A stretch of DNA of 64,000 bases from Chiloscyllium plagiosum (lineage: Eukaryota), in NCBI RefSeq assembly GCF_004010195.1, contig NC_057711.1, positions 79,456,866 to 79,520,865 on the forward strand, read 5' to 3'. Made by a program: the position numbers and the translations under genes. Below, one piece after another: positions 51,350 through 62,519 of this stretch. A model generated the notes under the pieces. That model was given only the letters and a program-made list of their open reading frames with translations, was not told where the DNA came from and searched no databases. The stretch's first letter is position 1, and the number at the start of each line of letters is the position of its first letter.

Positions 51350-52012
51350 ATTAGAGTCATAGAAGTACAGCATGGAAACAGACCCTTCGGTACAACTCGT
51401 CCATGTGGACCAGATATCCTAATCTAATCTCGTCCCATTTGCCAGCATTTGGCCTATGTCCCTTTGAAGCCTTCCTATTCATATACCCATCCAGATGCCT
51501 TTTAAATGCTGTAATTGTACTAGCCTCCACACTTCCTCTGGTAGCTCATTCTATACACTCACCACTCTCAGCATGAAAAAGTTGTCCCTTAAGTCCCTTT
51601 TATATCTTTCCCCTCACCCTAAACCTATGCCCTCTAGTTCTGGACTCCCCCACCTCAGGGAAAAGATCTTATCTATTTATCCTATCCATGCCCCTCGTTG
51701 TTTTATAGACCTCACTAAGGTTGCCCCTGAACCTCTAATGTTCCAAGGAAAACAGCCCCAGCCTATTCAGCCTCTCCCTATAGCTCAAATCTTCTAACCT
51801 TAGTAACATCCTTGTAAATCTTTTCTGAACCCTTTTCACGTATCACAACATTCTTCCAATAGGAAGGAGACCAGAATTGCACACAAAGTTCCAAAAGTGG
51901 CCTAACCAATGTCCTGTACAGCTGTAGCATGACCTCCCAACTCCTATACTCAGTGCTCTGACCAATAAAGGAAAGCATACCAAATGTCTTCTTCACTATC
52001 CTATCTGCCTGT
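51350..52012 (-). mobile_element. CR1/HER1-type LINE 3' fragment
   Basis: ORF FGMLSFIGQSTEYRSWEVMLQLYRTLVRPLLELCVQFWSP. Closely similar to 29085-29740. Confidence 0.88.
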
Positions 52013-53479
52013 GAGCCTAGATTATGAATTGCTGTCTGTTGTAGTTTTTGAATCGTATGTATAACTAATTTTAAATTTGACAGTGATAATCTTGCCAATG
52101 GAAGATTTTAAAAAGCTAAACATCTGTTTTGAATTTGTTGGTCATTTCATAAATTTACATTTAAATGATCAGTATTTTAGGCAGTTATTCCCTACAGAAA
52201 ATTAATGTGAATTTTAGAGAAGCAGCAGCGATTCCGATTGCTTTGTGATTGGGAATGTCAAACACATTTGACAGCTTGAACTGTTAGTGAAAGCTAAGGA
52301 AGGAAATTGATTAAAATGTTGATGCTTCAATGGTGATGATGGAGCAGTGCAATTGAACCGTGTCTCTCCTGTGGCTTGAGTAAGGTACAAAATTAAACTA
52401 GAATACCTTTGAACTTCCCTCTCTATTGATTAGAGGTAGCATGTAGTGAAGTGATTTAATTGTGTAAACATTATTTTGAGTAATGAACTGTTTTCTGCTG
52501 TAGATCTCTCAAGGTTTTTGCTTTAGAATGCTGCAAAATAAATTCACTGAGATGAAACGTACCTTTTAAGATCATTCATTTCACATTAAATTCTGAAGGT
52601 TCATTTGAAGCTAACCTTTAATGTGGTTAGTGCTATATGTTGCAGTTGGTTTAGGAGGTCATTCTAAATGGAGAATGTTGAAGTGGATTTGCATTAATGC
52701 TGTATATATCAGCCATTAATAGCCATTCAGGGTGTATATTTGACTTAAGATAATTATTTATTAATCCTTGTGTCCATTATTTAGCTTTTTAATTTTTAAA
52801 ATATTTTTTAAATGACAAGTGAGATTCACTGTTCTTATGCCAGGGAAAACTTTGAATTAAAAAAACCTTACTTGACTTTATATTTCAAGAGGGAGTATAT
52901 CAATGCTCAACCTAATTCTAACCCCACTTGGAGCTCACTAGCATTGATTTGTAGTTGAGAATGGAACACTCCGCAAGCTAAAGGTCTTTGAGGTTAAATG
53001 TGGTGCCCCATTTCTGTCCAACGATCAGCTAGGCTGTTCCTGATCTGTGTAACTTAATGCCCCAAGACATGATGTAGTCAGCATGTCAAGAGCTCAAGGA
53101 GGTTACGGCTTCTAATCAGTTAAGAGAAATTCCAGCTAAAATGATCTATTATTCTAGGACAACATTTTTATATCATTCAGCTAGAAGTCATCCATCTTTA
53201 ATATCATCTTCCAGGATTCTAATGCCTAGAGCTGAAACAGTACCAATTTTATGGTCAGAGTATTTTATTTTTCACAAGGCTGCGTTATATGAATTTTGTG
53301 GCTCAGCATAGTTGCCTTGACTTACTTGTCTCTGGAGACATATATTAGGCAGCTTTATATTTAAGAGGTCCTATCAGTATTTATTTCTCATGTTGCTGCT
53401 GGATGCTTTCATTACACAATGTTATGCTTAACTCAGACAAAAAATAGTCATTAAAATCAGGATTATCAAAAAGATCTTA

Positions 53480-53845
53480 CTGATCTGATCATATTGAAAT
53501 TTTCAGTTTCGGTGGAGGCTAGAGCAGGTAAAAGAGATGTTTCCCCTGGGTGGGAGAGGTGGGCTCAGGTGGGGGTGGGGGTGTCTGCAGGTGCTCTAGA
53601 ATTAGGGGCATAGTTTCAGAATAAGGAGGCAATCATTAAAGATGGCAATTAGGAAGAATTGCTTCTCTGGACTCGTATCTTTGGAATTCTGTATCTGAAA
53701 GAGCTATGAAAGCTGAATCATTAAATATATTAAGGGTGGAGACTGACAGATTTTTGAACTGTTATGAGGAACAGAACAGGAAAGGCGAGTTGAGATTAAG
53801 ATCAGATCAGCCTAGATCATAGTGCACTCATGTTATAATAGGTTT
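53480..53845 (+). mobile_element. Old CR1 3' fragment
   Basis: gatgtttcccctggg..ctagaattaggggcatagtttcagaataagg..ctttggaattct resembles CR1 ORF2 ends elsewhere in the window. Confidence 0.55.
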
Positions 53846-53858
53846 AAGGAACCATATG

Positions 53859-54085
53859 TAGACAAACAGGAGCTGGAGGAGCACAGCAAGCCAGGCAGGA
53901 ACAGGAGGTAGAGAAGTCAACATTTCGGATATACCCATTCTTCAGAACCCTACTTGAGTAGGGAAGAAGGGTTCTATCTGAAACGTTGACTTGGCCATCT
54001 CTTGATGCTGCCTGGCTTGCTGTGCTCTTCTAGCCTCCTGTTTGTCTACTTTGGATTCCAGCATCTGCAGTTTCTTTTTTGTCTC
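53859..54085. mobile_element. Fold-back (palindromic) Penelope-tail element with 14-bp TSD
   Basis: TSD taaggaaccatatg at 53845-53858 and 54086-54099. Arms tagacaaacaggag..gagcacagcaagccaggcag and ctgcctggcttgctgtgctc..ctcctgtttgtcta. Central hairpin ccctact-tg-agtaggg. Confidence 0.82.
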
Positions 54086-54137
54086 TAAGGAACCATATGG
54101 TCTACTTCTATATATTATGTTCTAATGTCTAATGTAT

Positions 54138-54393
54138 GGGCGGCACGGTGGCACAATGGGCGGCACGGTGGCACAGTGGTTAGCACTGCTGCCTCACAGC
54201 GCCAGAGACCCGGGTTCAATTCCCGCCTCAGGCGACTGACTGTGTGGAGTTTGCACGTNNNNNNNNNNNNNNNNNNNNNNNNNNNNNNNNNNNNNNNNNN
54301 NNNNNNNNNNNNNNNNNNNNNNNNNNNGCGGGTCGGTGTGGACTTGTTGGGCCCAAGGGCCTGTTTCCACACTGTAAGTAATCTAATCTAATC
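54138..54393 (+). mobile_element. HE1-like V-SINE, young, with duplicated head and internal N gap (54259-54327)
   Basis: gggcggcacggtggcacagtggttagcactgctgcctcacagcgccagagacccgggttcaattccc head with CpGs intact. Tail ctgtaagtaatctaatctaatc. Confidence 0.9.
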
Positions 54394-54530
54394 ATCTATT
54401 TGAATGTATTGCATACCGGGGAGTTGCCACCAATGAAACTAACTATTTTTCATAATATCCAAAACTTCAAATAGGAAAATACACAATGAGGGTTTCAACA
54501 AGTTAAGTTTAATTTTTTCTGGTTATTCTT

Positions 54531-55333
54531 TGTTATGGACCAGATCGTACCCCCTTCTGAAGTAACAAGGAGATAGCTTAGACCCAAACATTTTCTTATT
54601 TGTAAAGGCAAGTGTAAGACATTGTGTTTCGGATGTAATTCGATTGGTCAAGCTAGCAGGTTTGAAGCAACATACACTTTATTCTTACCTTATAGATAGG
54701 ATTCAAACTAAAGAACAAAGATTGGAATAACTTGGATCTACTGGAAAATTTAACAGAATAACCGGTTACTTAACTTCTGAATAGCAACTATTCCAATATA
54801 GTACCATCCTCAATATAGCAAAATACCCTTGGCAAAGGCAAATTCAGTAAAATAGTTTGCCTTGCATGCAATTCTAGCAGCAGGAAGAGAACCCAAGCTT
54901 TTAGCTGTAGCAAAGAGAAAAACAGCTTCCATAGTGGAGGCCCACTCTCTGGATTCATTTAAGTAAGAGTTGGATAGAGCTCTCAAAGATAGTGGAATCA
55001 AGGGTTATGGAGATAAAACAAGAACAGGATACTGATTAGGAATGATCAGCCATGATTATATTGAATGGTGGTGCAGGCTCGAAGGGCTGAATGGCCTACT
55101 CCTGCACCTATTGTCTATTTTTTCAAGACCCCAGCAACTACTGAAAGTTAAACTAAAATCCCAGTGGGAGCTTAACCCTACTCCTTCATGCTGTTCCTAT
55201 TGTTCCAACTTTTAAAACCAATCCAAGGCCTCTCAACGTGTTTATTGGCTAGGAATAAGGCACTCGATTCTTCTGTCTCAACATCTCTTCATAAAGACAG
55301 GACAAAATACGCTTCTTAAAGCCTTAGTCACCA
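54531..55333 (-). repeat. 3' LTR of the Gypsy element (contains a CR1 tail insert ~54931-55118)
   Basis: Direct repeat of 60946-61578 (tgttatggac..gtaacaaggagata..ggcaaaggcaaattcagtaaaata..ccccagcaactactgaaagttaa..caaaatac..cttaaagc). Purine-rich PPT on the minus strand at ~55334-55352. Confidence 0.85.
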
Positions 55334-57631
55334 CCCCCGATCCCCATCCCTTACAAAACAATGAACCATCAATATACAAAGATGGTTCCATTTTTTAAAA
55401 CCTTTGGTCTTATTAGTATTAGCTATTAGTACACTACAATACATATACATTACATTGGCTCTAAGCACGCAAATATGCAGCACTGCAGTCCATTTCAATC
55501 CATTTCTTCTGCCACCAAATGCCTCTGTCTTCACTCATTGAAGTCACCACAATGCGGTCAGCAATTACATTCTTGTGTCCTGCTACATGTCAAAATTTAA
55601 AATTGTGAACGGCTGCAACAATAAGCTCCATCTAAATAGTCTGGAATTTTTATCCTTAAATTTTTCCAAAAACTTTAATCAGTAGAAACAATTGAATCAG
55701 ACGCATTACTGTGTTGAAATCATACCACTAACACCAAGGTCTCCTTCTCAATTGTGAAATATTTCTGTTAATGAATATTCAGCTTTTTATATTTTCTATC
55801 TCCTTAGTATTTTCTTGTAAGAATACAGCACCAACACCCAAGTCACTTGCATCGATGGCCACCATGAATGGCTTTGCGTAGGTGGATGTAGCTAACACTG
55901 GAGCAATGGTCAACACAGCTCTCAGGTTGTCAAATGCCTTTTGACACCCTTCTATCCACTGAAATATTTTGCACTTCAGTAGGTCAGTAAGTGGAGAACC
56001 ATGCTGCTAAAATACGGTATGAACTTCCGATAAAATGCAATCAGTCCCAGAAAGCGTAGTATTTCCTTTTTCATCAATGGTGTAGGAAACTCCCCAATAA
56101 TCTTTGTTTTCACACCTTGTGGGGCCATCTACCAAGTCCAATAACATCACTCACGATTGTAAATTGGACTTTTGCGAGGTTACTCTTAGCCAGGTTTATC
56201 ATCAAGCCCACCTCCTCAAGTCAATCAACAATTCCACTGGAAGCTCAATGTTTCTTCTGTGTGTGATTTAAAATTACCAGATTGTCTATGTACACCACAT
56301 AATTAGGTAATCCCGAAATGATGTTATTGGTTAGTCATTGAAATGTGGCTGGTGCATTCTTAAAACAGCATCACTTTAAACTGGTACATTCCATTGGACA
56401 TCATGAAATCCTATATTTCGTTTACTCTTTCAAATAAAGGCACATGCCAATATCCTCTGAGTAAGTCCAGCTTCAAAATGTAAGTAGCTTGCCTTACCTT
56501 CTCAGGACAGTCTTTCAAACTGGATAGGAGTCAGATTTTGTAACCATATTGACTTTACAACACAATTGTTGGGTACCACCTGGTCTTGACACCATTGCTG
56601 CAACTCACTTTGATTATATTGTCTTTGAGCATGCTTTCAATTTCTTTCTGAACCTCTGCTTATTTTGGAGGGTTATATCTATAAGGATGTTGCTTAAGTG
56701 GAACAGCATTTCCTATATTTACAAAACGTGAAATTAGATTTGTAGATCCCAACTTTTCCTGCATATCTCCTTGTGGTTGTGATAACTCTGTCAGGTCATT
56801 TTGATTTTCCTTTGGAAGGTAACTTAAAAATTTATCCCAATTTTTCAGAACTTCCTCATTGTCCAATTTAATTTGAGGAATGTCCAATTCACTATTATCT
56901 GAACTTGGTTTTTCACTCTGTGTTATAGACAGTAACACCTTCTCATTTTACTTTCCTTCCCTATCAAAATTCATTTGAAGCATACTTACATGACACATAC
57001 TCTGAGATTTCTTTTTCTATCTATTTGACATTCTTTTCAAATAATTCACCTCACTCAATTTCTTTTCGATTTGATAAGGCCCACTAAACCATTCCTTTAA
57101 AGGTTCACCTACCACTGGTAGTAATAGGAACATCTTATCTCCACTAGCAAAATTGTGATTTTTTTGATATCTTGTCTGCTTTCTGTTTCATCACATGCTG
57201 TGTAACTTTTAAATGCTGTCTGGCCAACTCACCAACTCTGTTTAATCTCTCCCCAAAATTTGACACAATTTAAATATGTAGTTCCTGAACTTTGACTCAC
57301 CAATTTCTCCTTAATTAAGTTCAGTGGTTCTCTCACCTGATGCTTAAAAACTAATTCAAATGGACGAAATGTAGTTGATTAATTAGGTGTATCCCTAATT
57401 GCAAAAAAACTACAAATGGAATTCCTTTATCCCAATCTTCTAGGTAGTCTTGACTATAAGCCTTCAACATGGTCTTTAACATTTGATGCCACTGTTCTAA
57501 TGCTGCCTGTGATTCTGGATGGTACACAGTGGAGTTGGATTGTTTTATTCCTAAGCTATCCATAACTTCCTTGAATAATTTTGATGTAAAATTTGTCCCT
57601 TGATCTAATTGTATTACTGTGGGTAGTCCAT

Positions 57632-58011
57632 TAGGACAAAGTGAGGAGGTCAGAGTCAAGAGTGTGGTGCTGGAAAAGCGCACATTATGCCTGCAATGTC
57701 AATTCTCCTGCTTCTTGGATGTTGCCTGACCTGCTGTGCATTTCCAGCACCACAGTCTTGATTCTGATCTCTAGCATCTGCAGTTCCTCACTTTCTTCTA
57801 GTTGATTTTAACCTTGCTGTGAAGCCTCTTCCAAGGATGCTTACCTTGAAAAAGTTCTCCACCTCTCTCTATAAGAACCTCAGTGAGTCTCTCTCTCACT
57901 GAATCTCCCCCAGGATTTCTGATGAAGGGCGATATGCCTGGAATGTCGATTCTCCTGCTCCTTGGATGCTGCCTGACCTGTTGTGCTTTTCTAGTACCAT
58001 ACTCTCGACTA
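57632..58011 (+). mobile_element. Composite Penelope-tail insertion (inverted plus tandem tail units) inside the Gypsy integrase
   Basis: TSD tgggtagtccat at 57620-57631 and 58012-58023, splitting integrase ..FTRYGLP... Two direct copies of ttctcctgct.cttggatg.tgcctgacctg, one inverted copy, and a decayed hammerhead near 57919. Confidence 0.82.
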
Positions 58012-59974
58012 TGGGTAGTCCATATCTAGTAAAAAGAAATTGAGTAGCTCATCTAAAATCTTTTACTCTTGATGAAATGGCCTCTAGAAATCTAGTAGAC
58101 ACATTCATTATGTTCAACAAATACCGATTCCCACTTTTTGTTTTAGTTAGGGGTCCGACACCATTAATTAAGACTCTTTGTAAAAGGTTCCTCAAATGTG
58201 GGGATGAGTATTAAGGGTGTTGGTTTCATCACTGCCTAAAGTTTTCCAATTATCTGATATGTTTTACATAATTCAGCCCCAAATCTGAGAAGTCCAAGCC
58301 AATAAAAATGTTTTTGTATTTTGACTTGAGTTTTCCTTACTCCCAGTTGACCTCCTATTCATAATTCATGTGCTACCTTCCTATAACCCACTGATAATGC
58401 AACTTGATGAACTTCTGACCATTTTTCATCTGCCTGAATATGTGATGGTTCCCATTTCCTCATCAAGACTTCATTTTTAAGATAGTAACATCCTGGGAAA
58501 CACTCAGATTCTTTTTCTGTGTATGTTTTTTGATACAACTGCTTTAGTTTTTTACTTTTGTTGTAATTATACTAATTTCTCTGAACTAAAAATATCCACC
58601 TTGCTTTCCAATTGTTTTTGTTTGTTTCTCAATCATTTGATCAAACGTAGTTTCTCAGGAATGAACTTTAACTTCCTTATCTGTACTCCTCGATTTCTCC
58701 TTCTGTTTCAGTCTGTGGCTTTGTGACCATGTTACCACACAGTCAGGAAAAATCTGAGGATATACGTCCTATAACACCTTAGTTGTCTGATTTTCCTCTG
58801 GGTTTTCAACCACAGGCATCATTCCCACCAGCTATAACTTTACCGAGGATAAACTGTATTTCTGGAACCTTTAATTTCTCCATTACTCCTACCACCACTT
58901 CACCACTTTTCACCGGACTCTCCAACCTCACTTTATGTGTGAAAACTGCTCTTCTCACTAGAAATTCCACATATTACCACCTTTTCTGGCAATACTTCTT
59001 CAGAATTCGTATCTCCTTATCTTCAACCATCAAAGATTAACTTGCTCCCATATCTCTTTAAAATTTTAATTTCTTTGCTTGCTCTTCCTGGCTTACATAA
59101 GTAAACCTTAATCACGTAAGTAAATTCTTTAAAGAGATCTGGTACTTTCTTCTCAACCAACCCCTGACCAGGTTGTACGTTCTTTTGCAGCTTTTTAGTT
59201 TTTACTTTTCTTTACCACTTCAACAAAACTCACTGGCTTATCCTGTTTTCCCACATCTGTCTTGCCAGTGCTTTTTCTAAACCACCGACACTGCAACTTC
59301 ATGTAGCCGACTTTATTGCCTTGAAAACACACAAACGTTTTTACTTTTCTTTCCCTTTTCATGGGTTTCCTTTTACCCTGTGGTAAATTATCTTTGCCAT
59401 TTATAAGGAGACCTCCTTTTCACTTATCAACTGAGGATTTCTCTTTTCCCCAATTTCTATCTGTCACAGACCGAAATTCCTGTCAAAAGCTAAACTTTAA
59501 TTTACGAACGAACTCACAATCATCTGCTATTTCTGTTGCTAATCATGCCGTCTTAACTCTCTGCTCTTCCACATGAGTCCTCACTATTTCACAAAGTAAA
59601 TTTTTGAACTTTTCCAAAATAATCGTCATATGCTTGATCTATTTTCAATGATCTATCAAAATTACTTTGTTTGACCCTTTCAAAGTCAATGTACATTTGA
59701 CCAGGTTCCCTTCTTAGATTCCTAAAATGTCTGTAGGCACATGGCACTAATTCAAATGCACTTGAAATGGCTTTTTTCACCTCTTCATACTCCCCAAATG
59801 CCGCCGCAGATAGTGATGCAAATACCTCACCAGCGCTTCCTACCAACTTTGTTTGAATTGACAATACCCACATTGTCACTGGCCATTTTATTTGTTTAGC
59901 CACTTACTTGGATGAAAAAGAATTCTACGTCCTTCTCGTTGGACTTAGACAAAGCTTGGACATATTTCAGCAGA

Positions 59975-60305
59975 CCGTAAAAACAATGACTGCAGATGCT
60001 GGAAACCAGATTATGGATTAGTGGTGCTGGAAGAGCACAGCAATTCAGGCAGCATCCGAGGACCGGCAAAATCGATGTTTCGGGCAAAAGCCCTTCATCA
60101 GGAATAAAGGCAGAGAGCCTGAAGCGTGGATTGATAAGCTAGAGGAGGGTGGTATTGGGGAGAAAGTAGCATAGAGTACAATAGGTGAGTGGGGGAGGGG
60201 ATGAAGCTGATAGGCGGGGGGAGAGGAGGTGGGGTGGATAGGTGGAAAAGAAGATAGGCAGGTAGGACAAGTCATGGGGACAGTGCTGAGCTGGAAGTTT
60301 GGAAC
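59975..60305 (-). mobile_element. Penelope 3' tail inserted in the Gypsy gag, with hammerhead motif at ~60070-60103
   Basis: Reverse complement is similar to 1145-1470. Reads ttcCTGATGAaGGGCttttGCCCGAAAcaTCga. Confidence 0.82.
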
Positions 60306-60945
60306 CCCCACCAGGCATTTGGCCATTTGGCTATGATGGGATTGTTGTCCATCACTGTGCTCATTGCTACTCCTACCTTTCCTCTTTACCTCTGCCATTT
60401 TAAGTCAATTTTTAGTTTTTAATTTCAAATTTTAAAGTTCAAAACTCCTTGTTTCTCCCTTTCTTCTGCTTTTAATCATAATTCAAATTGTTATGTTTCC
60501 TTTTCTCTTTGTTTTTGTTCAGGGATATTTTTCTTCGTCTTTTATCCCCCCTTGCTGTTGCCTCTAATTCACGCTGCTTCATTTGAAATTGAAATTTAGC
60601 CATTTCTGAAGAGTCCAAGTTCATTTCTGGCATTGTAAATTTTGAATATTACTGCAAAGGCCAAATGGGAGATAATTGCAGAGACAAAGGCAACCCCAAC
60701 TCCAGCTTGTCTGCCAATTCCAAAAGCTTTGCCTTGCTCATCTTCTGTAAAACTGACTCCTTCCACCCCTTGAAAATGCTTAGTGACTGGAAGAGCCATT
60801 ACTACACAAGACACACCCTACTTAAACTAACCAAATGCAACACCCCCAAATAAAACACTAACACTCATCAAACCTGTGTTTGAGTCCAATAATCCTAAAC
60901 TCAACCTTGAATTTGGAATTTTGCCCCCAACAACAGCCCCCAGTT

Positions 60946-61578
60946 TGTTGTGGATCAGCCCAAACCCTCTTCACATGTAACAAGGAGATAACCTAGATCT
61001 CAACTTTTTTTTCTTATTTGTAAAGACAAGCATTGTGTTTCAGATGCAATTCAATTGGTCAAAATGTGAGTTGGAAGCAAAACACACTTTATTTTTTATT
61101 CTGTGGATAAAGTACAAACAAAAGAACAAAGAAATGGAATAGCCTAATTTTATTGGAAACTTTAACAGAATAACAGATTATTTAACTTCTAAACAGTAAC
61201 TATTCCAATATAGTAACCTCCGATAACACACCCTTATGGCAAAGGCAAATTCAGTAAAATAAACCGGCTCACATGTAATTCTAACAGAAGGAAGAGAACC
61301 TAATCTTTTAGCTGTAACATAGAGAGGAATAATAGCTTTCACATCCAGCCTCAATACCCCAGCAACTACTGAAAGTTAATCTAAATTCCTGGTTCTGTGG
61401 GAGCTTGTCCCCATCCTTCATCCTGCTTCTATTGTTTGAACTTTCATTTTAAAAAAAAGGCCTCACAAGCTGTTTACTTTATTAGCTTGAAACAGATCAC
61501 TGACTACCTTTGTCTCAGTTGCTCTTCAAAACATAATACAGGGCAAAATACATCTCTTAAAGCTATAGTGTCGTCATA
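60946..61578 (-). repeat. 5' LTR of the Gypsy element
   Basis: Diverged direct repeat of 54531-55333. Followed on the minus strand by TGGGGGCT (~60935-60942), resembling a decayed tRNA-Pro primer-binding site. Confidence 0.85.
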
Positions 61579-62519
61579 TCTGGTAGTTGGTAATATTCAA
61601 CTGAGAGAATCTGATCTCAGTTTGTTTCCCGCTGAACTGTAGATTTTGAGAGTCTATAATTTCTCCCTTAGGGAGACATGAAACCAATAATCAATTCTTT
61701 CCTAAGTTCATTATATGGAGCTGACAGTGAAGGTATCTCCTTGTCTCAGTAGAAGACTCTAGAGTATGCCTTTTGCACAAATGGACAAGATTTTCCAAAT
61801 AATCAAGAAGTATCAGTTGTAAAAGAATAAGAGTTCATGGTGTTGGGATGGTTGGGAGAGAGGACTAGTCAGCAGGCTGCTGTCAGTGTGTCGATTGTTG
61901 GGGGGGGGAGGGAGCGAGGGAAGGGGGGGTGGAGGAGGAGTGCATAAAGATGCCAGCTTTGATGGAAGATCAACATTATTCCATCACCACTGGATCTTAC
62001 CAGGGTCTGAGAACTAAATATGGATGACGAGGTATTTGAAATAAGATTTAATTCTGCAATCTGGCTTTTAACTGTCAATGTATATGCTTCCTGAGCTGTC
62101 TGTAACCTATCAGGGTCAGCAAAATACAAGCACCATGGAAATGGACAATGCTGTGAATTTGAAGAGCTTTAAAAGCCTTTAAATACTGACCAGGACTGTT
62201 GCTTTCTTGCCAAAGTGAAAAGCTTTACTCTGAAGACTTCTTCTGACAGTGTGTCTTCACTGTTACAGATGTGCTCGCTAACATTTACTTTGATCTGCAT
62301 TTTCAGCTGTTGTTGCAGTGTAGGAGCAGTTCAACCTTGTATCTCTGATGGGGTATATGAGGAGCAGCACCAGCAACAGCAACAAGAATGTTAGCTGCAG
62401 TAACTTTCTCCTTTTCATATGCCGCTCCACAGGATAGAGGGGGTGAACACAGCTTTTTCAACGTAAGATATACAGAGAACATTTACACAACTGAGTAACT
62501 GTTCCCTTAACCAAGCTGT

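Larger units (their letters stand above)
54531..61578 (-). mobile_element. Decayed full-length Gypsy/Ty3 LTR retrotransposon, Gmr1-like (gag-PR-IN-RT-RH)
   Basis: Two LTRs. Gag ORF WPVTMWV..EYEEVKKAI..FELVP.AYR.FR (59589-59903). Protease-like RDMGAS near 59040-59060. Integrase GLP.VIQLDQGTNFTS..YHPESQAALEQWH..LK.ML (57351-57630). RT PLKQHPYR, DLLRGYWHVP, VVYIDNL (56280-56700). RNase H PFMVAIDASDLGVGAV (55820-55875). Confidence 0.9.

Noticed and set aside
54158..54230. tRNA-like A and B boxes suggesting tRNA genes (also 28660-28734, 33560-33628)
   Set aside because: These are SINE heads followed by V-domain or other body sequence. I see no cloverleaf or terminator.
54526..54530. TSD for the Gypsy element (tctt versus tctg at 61579)
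   Set aside because: Imperfect match, and the LTR ends are decayed, so no TSD is claimed.
61880..61940. G-rich tract with G-quadruplex potential
   Set aside because: Simple low-complexity run with no supporting context.
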